Source of the DNA: a virus
Reading direction: 5' to 3' (one strand)
IMG/VR virus record: IMGVR_UViG_3300032313_000518
Location: 32,001-96,000 of that record
DNA: 64,000 nucleotides
Below, piece by piece: positions 56,121 through 64,000 of the stretch; position 1 is the first letter of the stretch; each line of letters starts with the position of its first letter. The notes under the pieces were generated by a model. It did no database searches, was not told the origin of the DNA, and saw nothing but the letters and a program-made list of their open reading frames with translations. Both the position numbers and the translations under genes were made by a program.

Positions 56121-57265
56121 TATACGAAAATTTAAAAAGAAATATAAATAACATAACCGAAGTAAAAAACAACGTATCAGTTAATTTTGTTAAAGGTGCT
56201 TTTGTAGAAATCAAAGGACCTTATAAAGCAGAATACGTTGTTGATTTTATAGATAATAGAAGTGGTAAACGAATATTTTCTACTAATATTGGAAACAATT
56301 GTTGGACAAAATGTACACATGAATATTTTATAGAATGGAAAATACAAATTTATCAAAATGGTAAACTTTGGTATGAACATCTATATGATGCAACTGATAA
56401 AAGAGTTTACATTCCATTAGATTCAAAAGCATTGGGTGATACGATGGCTTGGTTTCCATATGTAGATGAGTTCCGTAAAAAACATAATTGTAAAGTTGTA
56501 ACATCTACATTTATGAATGAGCTATTTATAGATGAATACCCTGAATTAGAGTTTATTAAACCAGGTGAAGCGGCCGATGGTTTATATGCAATGTATTCAA
56601 TCGGATTATTTTATAATGATAACAATGAACCAAACCTACTAAAAAATCCAAACGATTTTAGAAAGCAACCATTACAAAAAATGTCTTCGGATATTTTAGG
56701 ATTGGAATATGTGGAGATTAGACCTAAAATAAAACAAAATCCAATTGAAATAAATTCAGAACTAAAACAAATTTGTATTGGTGTATTTGGTACGGCTCAA
56801 CCTAAATTTTGGAATAATAAAGATGGTTGGCAGTATGTAGTTGATTGGTTAAACTCAAAAGGATACACTGTTAAACTTATATCAAAAGAGGGAGATGATT
56901 ATATGGGGAATAAATTACCAACTGGAATTGTTAAACATCCAAACGGTCCTTTAAGTGATGTAATTGATGAACTTAGGAAATCAAAAGCATTTATAGGAAT
57001 TGGTAGTGGTTTAAGTTGGTTAAGTTGGGCAGTTAATACTCCAACGGTATTGGTGAGTGGATTCTCATATGATTGGGCAGAGATGCAAGATTGTGTAAGA
57101 ATTGCAGCACCAAAAGGAAAATGTGAAGGATGTTTTAATCGTTATAGATTAGATGCTGGGGATTGGAATTGGTGTCCCGACCACAAAGGTACGGATAGAC
57201 AATTTGAATGTACTAAATCAATAACACCACAATCAGTAATAAAAGAATTAGAAAAATTCTTATAA
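56117..57265 (+). CDS. autotransporter O-heptosyltransferase-like protein glycosyltransferase (TibC/Aah family)
   Basis: ALGDTMAWFPYVDEF..H.C; AQPKFWNN..GW; FIGIGSGLSWLSWA; CEGCFN..WCP.HK..QFECTKSIT; ATG 56117 overlaps the upstream TGA. Confidence 0.85.
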   Translation: MIYENLKRNINNITEVKNNVSVNFVKGAFVEIKGPYKAEYVVDFIDNRSGKRIFSTNIGNNCWTKCTHEYFIEWKIQIYQNGKLWYEHLYDATDKRVYIPLDSKALGDTMAWFPYVDEFRKKHNCKVVTSTFMNELFIDEYPELEFIKPGEAADGLYAMYSIGLFYNDNNEPNLLKNPNDFRKQPLQKMSSDILGLEYVEIRPKIKQNPIEINSELKQICIGVFGTAQPKFWNNKDGWQYVVDWLNSKGYTVKLISKEGDDYMGNKLPTGIVKHPNGPLSDVIDELRKSKAFIGIGSGLSWLSWAVNTPTVLVSGFSYDWAEMQDCVRIAAPKGKCEGCFNRYRLDAGDWNWCPDHKGTDRQFECTKSITPQSVIKELEKFL

Positions 57266-57281
57266 AAATTAAAAAAGAGTA

Positions 57282-57289
57282 TATTTATA
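57282..57289 (+). promoter_or_regulatory. putative late promoter TATTTATA
   Basis: 25 nt before ATG 57315. Confidence 0.7.
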
Positions 57290-57314
57290 TATAAACAAAC
57301 AAAACAATAATATT

Positions 57315-57677
57315 ATGGCATTAGATGTTCCACAAATACAAAACGTAGAGATTGCAACTGCAAAATTAGATGAAGATGTAATCAAACAAATTCAAGAGTT
57401 AAACCAAAAATCTGCTTTATTAATTCAGGAGTTTGGAGGAATCTACATTAGAAAACAACAAATTGAAGAAGAATTGCTTCGTATGGATGAGTTTTTAGAA
57501 AAAGGTAATGATGAATACAAAATGTATCAACAACAATTAAACGAAATTGGAGAGCAAGTTGATGAAAAATATCCACAAGGTAGAATCAACATTCAAGAGG
57601 GTACTGTTCAATATCAACCAGGTGCACCAACTCGTAAGCAATTGGCTGAGCAACAAACTCAACAAGCTAACCAATAA
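57315..57677 (+). CDS. small coiled-coil protein (paralog of 53625-53906)
   Basis: AKLDED..FGGIY..DEKYPQGRINIQEGTVQY. Confidence 0.7.
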   Translation: MALDVPQIQNVEIATAKLDEDVIKQIQELNQKSALLIQEFGGIYIRKQQIEEELLRMDEFLEKGNDEYKMYQQQLNEIGEQVDEKYPQGRINIQEGTVQYQPGAPTRKQLAEQQTQQANQ

Positions 57678-57689
57678 AAATTTATTCTA

Positions 57690-57697
57690 TATTTATA
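57690..57697 (+). promoter_or_regulatory. putative late promoter TATTTATA
   Basis: 26 nt before ATG 57724. Confidence 0.7.
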
Positions 57698-57723
57698 TAG
57701 TATAAAGAGTAATACTATATTTA

Positions 57724-60700
57724 ATGAGTGAATTATCTAACTTTTTAGTAGAAAGCATATTAGGAGAATCTGTCGAAATGGAAAACGTAATAGTTGTCTA
57801 TTCCGGCAGATTTCAACCGTTTCATAAAGGGCATTTCGCCACATACAAACAACTTGTATCAAAATTCGGAAAGAATGATGTTTATATAGCAACATCTAAC
57901 AAAACCGATAGCCAAAAATCTCCATTTGATTTCAGAGAGAAAAAAACTATAATGACTAAAATGTTTGGTATTCCATCAAACAAAATAGTTCAGGTTAAAA
58001 ACCCATACCAACCAACGGAAATTGTAAGTTCATACGATGCAGCTAAGACTGGTTTAATAGTTGTAGTTGGTGAGAAGGATGAGCAACGTTTAGGTGGAAA
58101 CTATTTTACTCCATATAAAGGTAAGGTGGAGATGGGATATTTGGATAAAGGATACGTTTACGCTTCACCATCACAATCAAACCCAATTAGTGGAACTGAT
58201 GTTCGTAATTGGTTAGGTAATGGGACTGATGAGGAAAAAAAAGAAGGATTCTTAAAAGCTTATCCAAAGTTTGATGCAACTGTTTTCAAATTCATTACAT
58301 TAAAATTAAGAAAACTTTCTGAAGATATTAACTTAGATGTAAATGTAGGTGATACTCTTTTAATGGGTAAGTTTAAGAATAAAAGAGTAGTTGTAAAAAA
58401 TATTGATAAAGATGAGCATGGTATGCCAACTATCAATGGTAAGAAAGCAACAACATTTAGAATACCACCAAAATCAAATCTATTTAATGAATCATCATTA
58501 GGCGGATACTCAGCTGAAGCAGGTGAGCCTGAAACTGGATATGTTGCGGATGGACAAAAAAGATTGATAAATAAAGCAAAACCAGAACCTTGGTTTAAGC
58601 AAGGTGGATATAAACAATTACATGTACCACAGGGTGATTGGATTAGAGGTAAAGGTAAAAATAGAGATAACGATTCAACATTTAGAAAAGTTTACTATAA
58701 AGTAACCAATATAGATACGAGTGATTTGGACCCTGCTAAAGACCCACATAAAGTTGAAGATTGGAAAGAAGTAAAACCAAAGAAAAAAATTAAAAAACCA
58801 AAAAGATTTTGGGAAGATACTGAATTGGATACAAACTTATCATTAATATCCGAAGAGGATTTAAATCAAATAGCAGAAGATTATATGGCTGCATTGGATG
58901 AAATGGGACTTGGTGGAGGAGCTGGTGTAGGTTTATCATTGCCAGGTGGATTCATAAATGGAGCACCAAAAGCAGATGATGTTGCCAAAGTAAGTAAGAA
59001 GTTGAAGAATAAAGGAATGAGTGGGTATGAGGAGATTGATGAAGATATTAATTCCGATACGATAGAATGTTCAAATTGTGGATGGGAATGGGAAAAATCT
59101 GAAGGTGGTGAACATCCATATACATGCCATAAATGTGGTAATGATAATTCCGATGAACCAATAGAAGATTTAACGGAGATGGCTGAAATGGCTAAATCTG
59201 ATTTAGACCAAGTTGAAAAATACGCAGATGCCCAATTATCTCCTGAAGATATTGAGTTGGGAAAAGAGAGTGACCATTTCTTCCAAAGATTAAATGACCC
59301 TCGTAATGGTAAACAAATATCTCCAGCTGAACTAACTGGTTTCTTTAAGAGATTAGCAAAAAATAAAAAGAAATTTTTAGATTTTATAAAACAATATAAG
59401 GAGTTTGTTGTTAAAGATAAGAGAACAAACATTAACATTCCGTTTATGGCAGTAGCAAACAAATTGATTGCTAAAACCATAATGAGAAAAGATGATTTCA
59501 AATCTTCAACACCCGTCTATGTAACGGAACAAATACTAAACGAAGGTGGAGCTTATGGACACATGCATCATCCGTTTGATATTGAAATGAACCTTACGTT
59601 CTCTGACCTAAAGAACATTGTTAAGAAGGCACTTACTGGAGATTTGGATGTAGCAAGAGAAAAGACAGATGGACAGGCATTGGCAATCAGTTGGGTAAAC
59701 GGAAGATTAGTTGCAGCTCGTAACAAATCACATCTAAAGAATAAAGGTGAGGGTGCTATGACAATAGGACAGGTAGCAGATAAGTTTGGTGGTAGAGGTG
59801 GATTAACCGATGCTTACAACTTTGCTATGAAAGATTTATCAAAAGCAATTGGCTCATTATCCGAACCACAAAGAAAAAAGGTATTCAATGATGGTAGTTC
59901 GTTTATGAATTTGGAAGTAATATACCCAACATCAGTAAACGTAATTCCATACAACCAACCGCTATTAGTATTTCACGGAACATTTGATTATGATATTGAT
60001 GGTAACATAACTGGTGAGAACCAAACATCAGCAAGAATATTAGCTGGTATGATTAAGCAGATAAATGCAAGTGTTCAATCCAAATACACAATACAAGGAC
60101 CTCCAATGCAAAAATTACCAAAGAGTGAGGATTTAACAAAACTACAATCAAAGTATATGAGTATGATATCTAAACTACAAAGTGAGTTTGGGTTATCTGA
60201 TTCGGATGGGGTAGCTGATTATCATCAAGCTTGGTGGAGTAACTTTGTGGATAAAAACGCAAAGGGTTTAGATGCACAAGAAAAGATTGGTTTGGTTAAG
60301 AGATGGGCATTTGGTGATAAAGGATTCAGAATAGCAACAATACAAGACCCTAAGTTAAGAAGTTGGGCAGATAATACCGAAAAGAAAGACCAAGCTAAAA
60401 TAGCAAAAGATAACCTAATGAAATTTGAAGAAATATTCTTAGGAGTTGGGGCAGATGTTCTTTCATTTATGGAATCCGTACTTACTGCAAATCCAACGGA
60501 AGCAACTAAACAAATGGTAGCTAGATTGCATAAGACGGTTGATGATGTTAGAAAGTTGGGAGACCCTAAAAAATTGGACAAACTTAAATTAGAATTGCAA
60601 AGATTACAGGCGTTGGGTGGTTTTGAAAAGATAGTTCCAAACGAAGGTATCGTATTTGTATATAACGGAAACACTTACAAATTAACAGGAGCATTCGCTC

Positions 60701-60735
60701 CACTTAATCAGATATTAGGTCTTTTTTACGAATAA
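57724..60735 (+). CDS. multidomain probable internal head protein: HxGH nucleotidyltransferase, Zn ribbon, ligase-like nucleotidyltransferase
   Basis: GRFQPFHKGH..ISGTDVR; CSNCGW..CHKCG; HFFQRLNDPRN domain; GHMHHPFD..EKTDGQ..EGIVF..YKLTG. Confidence 0.7.
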   Translation: MSELSNFLVESILGESVEMENVIVVYSGRFQPFHKGHFATYKQLVSKFGKNDVYIATSNKTDSQKSPFDFREKKTIMTKMFGIPSNKIVQVKNPYQPTEIVSSYDAAKTGLIVVVGEKDEQRLGGNYFTPYKGKVEMGYLDKGYVYASPSQSNPISGTDVRNWLGNGTDEEKKEGFLKAYPKFDATVFKFITLKLRKLSEDINLDVNVGDTLLMGKFKNKRVVVKNIDKDEHGMPTINGKKATTFRIPPKSNLFNESSLGGYSAEAGEPETGYVADGQKRLINKAKPEPWFKQGGYKQLHVPQGDWIRGKGKNRDNDSTFRKVYYKVTNIDTSDLDPAKDPHKVEDWKEVKPKKKIKKPKRFWEDTELDTNLSLISEEDLNQIAEDYMAALDEMGLGGGAGVGLSLPGGFINGAPKADDVAKVSKKLKNKGMSGYEEIDEDINSDTIECSNCGWEWEKSEGGEHPYTCHKCGNDNSDEPIEDLTEMAEMAKSDLDQVEKYADAQLSPEDIELGKESDHFFQRLNDPRNGKQISPAELTGFFKRLAKNKKKFLDFIKQYKEFVVKDKRTNINIPFMAVANKLIAKTIMRKDDFKSSTPVYVTEQILNEGGAYGHMHHPFDIEMNLTFSDLKNIVKKALTGDLDVAREKTDGQALAISWVNGRLVAARNKSHLKNKGEGAMTIGQVADKFGGRGGLTDAYNFAMKDLSKAIGSLSEPQRKKVFNDGSSFMNLEVIYPTSVNVIPYNQPLLVFHGTFDYDIDGNITGENQTSARILAGMIKQINASVQSKYTIQGPPMQKLPKSEDLTKLQSKYMSMISKLQSEFGLSDSDGVADYHQAWWSNFVDKNAKGLDAQEKIGLVKRWAFGDKGFRIATIQDPKLRSWADNTEKKDQAKIAKDNLMKFEEIFLGVGADVLSFMESVLTANPTEATKQMVARLHKTVDDVRKLGDPKKLDKLKLELQRLQALGGFEKIVPNEGIVFVYNGNTYKLTGAFAPLNQILGLFYE

Positions 60736-60762
60736 TTTTTAACGTTTTTTCCAAAAAGTATA

Positions 60763-60770
60763 TACTTATA
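60763..60770 (+). promoter_or_regulatory. putative late promoter variant TACTTATA
   Basis: 23 nt before ATG 60794. Confidence 0.6.
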
Positions 60771-60793
60771 TATACGAATATATAGGAAATAAT

Positions 60794-61483
60794 ATGGCAA
60801 AAGAATTCAATCGAAAGTACATGCATCCGACTCGTAGAAAGTTATCGGATATGGTATTACGTGGGCAGGAATATGAAACAAATGCACAAATCTCATTATC
60901 AGTAAATCCAGAAGCTAATATTACTAGAGAAGTTGGAGAAACTTGGACTGATTCAAATGGAGTTCAATGGGAACAAAAAAAATGGGGTAAGGAGCAAATA
61001 TCATCATTAAGTGAAACAATGTCTAGTGTAAGAAATTACCTATCAGAACTTAATAGATGTAAAGGTACTGAATGTAAAACAATCAAATTAGGTAGAGTAG
61101 ATAAAAAGTTAATATCTAAAACAGGATATTGTACAACTTGTCTTGCTAAAAAAGAATTTGAAATAAGAGTAGATGGGTTGTGGGATGCGTATGAAACCTA
61201 CAAATTAACATCAAATATGATTGACCACGGAACTGATGTACTTGCTCAATTTAATCAAGCATATAAAGATGCAAGACAGGAATATGAGTATGTAAACGAA
61301 AATGGTACAACTGAAAAGTGGACTATGGAAAGACCTGTTGAGGAATTAAAAGCAGAAATATTGCTTGAAATTACCAACGTAGAAGCTGAAGTTGCACAAG
61401 TTACAAAATTAAGAAATGAAGCTTGGGAGTTACTAAAAGATAAAAATTACGATTTAGTAAAGCCACCTAAAGATTTAGTATGA
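60794..61483 (+). CDS. hypothetical protein with a Cys cluster and coiled coil
   Basis: REVGETWTD..WEQK; C..C..CTTC; overlaps the terminase start. Confidence 0.7.
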   Translation: MAKEFNRKYMHPTRRKLSDMVLRGQEYETNAQISLSVNPEANITREVGETWTDSNGVQWEQKKWGKEQISSLSETMSSVRNYLSELNRCKGTECKTIKLGRVDKKLISKTGYCTTCLAKKEFEIRVDGLWDAYETYKLTSNMIDHGTDVLAQFNQAYKDARQEYEYVNENGTTEKWTMERPVEELKAEILLEITNVEAEVAQVTKLRNEAWELLKDKNYDLVKPPKDLV

Positions 61484-63072
61484 GTAACGGAATACAACAA
61501 AAGAAATCTCTAAAGCAAATCATAGGAGAAGAATACATAAAGTGTGCTAGTGACCCTATCCACTTTATGAAGAAATATTGTATGATTCAGCATCCGGTGA
61601 AAGGTAAAATACCATTTCATCTATTTCCTTTTCAAGAGAAAACACTAACCGAATTTAAGAACCATAGATTTAATATCGTTCTTAAATCTCGTCAAACTGG
61701 TATCTCCACATTATCAGCAGGTTATGCGTTGTGGAGTATGTTATTCAATACGGATTTTAACGTATTGGTTATTGCAACAAAACAAGAGGTTGCAAAGAAC
61801 TTAGTAACAAAAGTAAGAGTAATGTACGAACTATTACCATCGTGGTTAAAGGGTGGTGCATTGGAGGATAACAAACTCTCACTTAAATTACAAAATGGTT
61901 CACAAATCAAAGCAATTGCTTCCTCACCTGATGCAGGACGTTCGGAAGCCCTATCACTACTAATATTTGATGAGGCAGCTTTCATTGATGATATCGATGA
62001 GATTTGGAAAGCAGCTCAATCTACACTATCAACGGGTGGGGCGTGTATTGCCCTTTCAACTCCCAATGGTGTGGGTAATTGGTTTCATCAAACGTGGAGT
62101 GATGCAGAATCTTCTATAAATCCATTCAACACAATTCGTTTACATTGGACAGTTCATCCAGAAAGAGACCAGACGTGGAGAGATGAGCAAGAAAGATTGT
62201 TGGGAAGAAAAGGAGCTGCACAAGAATGTGATTGTGACTTTATTTCATCTGGAGATAACGTAATTGACCCAGAACTCTTAATGTTCTACAAAGAAACTTA
62301 TGTTCAAGACCCTGTTTCAAAAGGTGGTATAGATAATAACTTTTGGAGATGGGAATATCCTACATCAAATGCATCTTATATGGTTGTAGCTGACGTTGCA
62401 AGGGGAGATGGTGCCGATTATTCTACTTTTCACGTTATGGATATTGTAACTGCAACTCAAGTTGGTGAATACAAAGGTAAGATGGATACAAAAGATTTTG
62501 GAAATTTGTTAGTAGCAATATCAACTGAATATAATGATGCACTATTAGTAATTGAAAACGCAAACATTGGTTGGGCAACAATACAACAGGTAATAGATAG
62601 AGGGTATCGTAACCTATTCTATATGAGTAAAGATTTGAAATATGTAGATGTTGAGAATCAATTAAACAATAGATACAGAGCACAAGATAGAGGATTGGTT
62701 GCTGGTTTTTCAACAACATCAAATACAAGACCTTTAATCATATCAAAGTTGGATGATTATTTCAGAGAGAAATCCGTTATAGTTCGTTCATCTCGATTGA
62801 TTGATGAATTGTTTACATTTATATATTCAAGCGGTAGAGCACAAGCTATGAAGGGTTATAATGATGACTTGGTAATGGCATTCTCTATTGGATTATGGGT
62901 AAGAGATACCGCACTTCGTTTAAGACAAGAAGGTATTGATTTAACAAAAATGGCAGTAGCTGGAATTACTGCAAATACATACGAAGGTGTGTATTCACCA
63001 TCTAATATGGATGAGAATCCTTGGAAGATGAGAGTGGGTGATACGTTCGAAGATTTATCCCAATGGTTATAG
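61480..63072 (+). CDS. terL: terminase large subunit (gp17-like)
   Basis: LFPFQ, KSRQTGIS (Walker A), LIFDEAAF (Walker B), LSTPNG, ADVARG.G.DYS, IENAN.G, NDDLVMA. Confidence 0.95.
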   Translation: MSNGIQQKKSLKQIIGEEYIKCASDPIHFMKKYCMIQHPVKGKIPFHLFPFQEKTLTEFKNHRFNIVLKSRQTGISTLSAGYALWSMLFNTDFNVLVIATKQEVAKNLVTKVRVMYELLPSWLKGGALEDNKLSLKLQNGSQIKAIASSPDAGRSEALSLLIFDEAAFIDDIDEIWKAAQSTLSTGGACIALSTPNGVGNWFHQTWSDAESSINPFNTIRLHWTVHPERDQTWRDEQERLLGRKGAAQECDCDFISSGDNVIDPELLMFYKETYVQDPVSKGGIDNNFWRWEYPTSNASYMVVADVARGDGADYSTFHVMDIVTATQVGEYKGKMDTKDFGNLLVAISTEYNDALLVIENANIGWATIQQVIDRGYRNLFYMSKDLKYVDVENQLNNRYRAQDRGLVAGFSTTSNTRPLIISKLDDYFREKSVIVRSSRLIDELFTFIYSSGRAQAMKGYNDDLVMAFSIGLWVRDTALRLRQEGIDLTKMAVAGITANTYEGVYSPSNMDENPWKMRVGDTFEDLSQWL

Positions 63073-63090
63073 TGTTTTAATATTTTTACA

Positions 63091-63098
63091 TATTTATT
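63091..63098 (+). promoter_or_regulatory. putative late promoter variant TATTTATT
   Basis: 24 nt before ATG 63123. Confidence 0.55.
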
Positions 63099-63122
63099 GT
63101 ATATATCAAAATACTATTTACT

Positions 63123-63560
63123 ATGATTAAGTTAAAATCTTTACTGAACGAAGATGAGTATATTGACCAAGCATATGCTATGGGTGATACTCCGCAAGAT
63201 AATCCAATTGATGATTATGATGAATTGGATGTTGAGCAAGAAGATATGGATGATTTTATTACATTCTTAAAAGGGTACTCAAACGAATTGGATGAGGCGA
63301 ATTGTAATTGTGTATTTGAAGCAGAATATCAGGGAAGAGAAGTAAAGTTGGGTAAACCGATGCAAGGCGATGTGAAGAAATTTAAGGTCTACGTCAAAAA
63401 CCCAAAAACAGGTAAGGTGATTAAGGTGAATTTTGGACAGAAAGGAATGGTTATTAAAAAAGACAATCCAGCAAGAAGAAAATCATTTAGAGCAAGAATG
63501 AATTGTGATAATCCCGGTCCAAGAACAAAGGCAAACTATTGGAGTTGCCGAAAATGGTAA
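63123..63560 (+). CDS. probable internal head protein: acidic leader plus basic Cys/Trp domain
   Basis: MIKLKSLLNE leader; VKNPKTG..VNFG..RRKSFRARMNC..ANYWSCRKW. Confidence 0.7.
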   Translation: MIKLKSLLNEDEYIDQAYAMGDTPQDNPIDDYDELDVEQEDMDDFITFLKGYSNELDEANCNCVFEAEYQGREVKLGKPMQGDVKKFKVYVKNPKTGKVIKVNFGQKGMVIKKDNPARRKSFRARMNCDNPGPRTKANYWSCRKW

Positions 63561-63571
63561 AATAGAAAATT

Positions 63572-64000
63572 ATGGCAGAAGTAAATGATGATAGAAGTTT
63601 TTTTGGTAGATTAAGAAAGTTATTCTCAACACAAGCTGTTGTGCGTATTGATAAAGACGGTAGACGTAAAGTTGTAGATACCGATGAGAGACAATTCAAT
63701 ACAAACTTTATGAACCTACGTGATAGGTACACAAAGTTACAAAAATCATTCTACGAACAACAAGGTGGTGCACAATCAATGGCATATGCACAAGTTCGCA
63801 GAGAATTATTCAGAGATTATGATGCAATGGATAATGACCCGATACTTTCATCGGCATTAGACATTTATGCCGATGAATCAACTACAAAAGATGAGTATGG
63901 TGAGGTATTAACAATCAAATCATCTAACGAAAATGTAAAAGAAGCATTACACAACCTATTCTACGATGTAATGAACGTAGAGTTTAACTTATGGCCTTGG
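63572..64000 (+). CDS. portal protein (gp20-like), 5' part
   Basis: Open to the window edge: RRELFRDYDAMDNDPILSSALDIYADEST..; follows the terminase. Confidence 0.85.
   Translation, partial: MAEVNDDRSFFGRLRKLFSTQAVVRIDKDGRRKVVDTDERQFNTNFMNLRDRYTKLQKSFYEQQGGAQSMAYAQVRRELFRDYDAMDNDPILSSALDIYADESTTKDEYGEVLTIKSSNENVKEALHNLFYDVMNVEFNLWPW

Noticed and set aside
1882-63098. Reading the motif as T4-type TATAAATA promoters firing on the minus strand
   Set aside because: Spacing is fixed relative to + strand start codons, and the motif flips for the minus-strand ORF at 19543-19683
1-64000. Stop-codon reassignment as seen in some large Bacteroidota phages
   Set aside because: Genes are full length under code 11, and TAG and TGA end genes at sensible positions (e.g. 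63072, 14096)

Overview
This is an AT-rich, gene-dense segment of a large tailed phage with a myovirus-type baseplate and distant T4-like core genes; almost all genes are on the + strand. The host is most likely Bacteroidota: there are TTTG-N20-TAnnTTTG promoters, A-rich leaders without Shine-Dalgarno sites, a Bacteroidota-type TonB-dependent receptor and T9SS-CTD-like domains. Order along the window: late sigma factor and Dps-like gene (0.7-1.8 kb); an ~18 kb host-envelope accessory region (2-20.5 kb); baseplate/tail module (21.7-39.8 kb); GIY-YIG nuclease, primase and a fused Mre11-Rad50 (SbcD-SbcC) (40-44.8 kb); a tail fibre flanked by protein-glycosylation enzymes (45-57.3 kb); a multidomain probable internal head protein, large terminase and the start of the portal (57.7-64 kb). 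A TATTTATA motif precedes about 18 genes and is probably the late promoter. Best candidates for undescribed systems: (1) a phage-encoded surface assembly locus with two CsgG-like proteins, two paralogous beta-barrels, dockerin+cohesin proteins (one with a C-type lectin) and two lipoproteins made of a stand-alone T9SS-CTD-like domain; (2) a phosphate-scavenging and lipid-remodelling cassette (TonB receptor, beta-helix lipoprotein, GT2, PlcP-like phospholipase C, GT4); (3) virion glycosylation with a candidate [S/T]-[G/A/S]-S sequon; (4) proteins apparently matured by the prohead protease, including an Ntn-hydrolase whose catalytic Cys follows an L-x-E site. All family calls come from motif recognition by eye, not database searches. 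No tRNA, rRNA or CRISPR array was seen.
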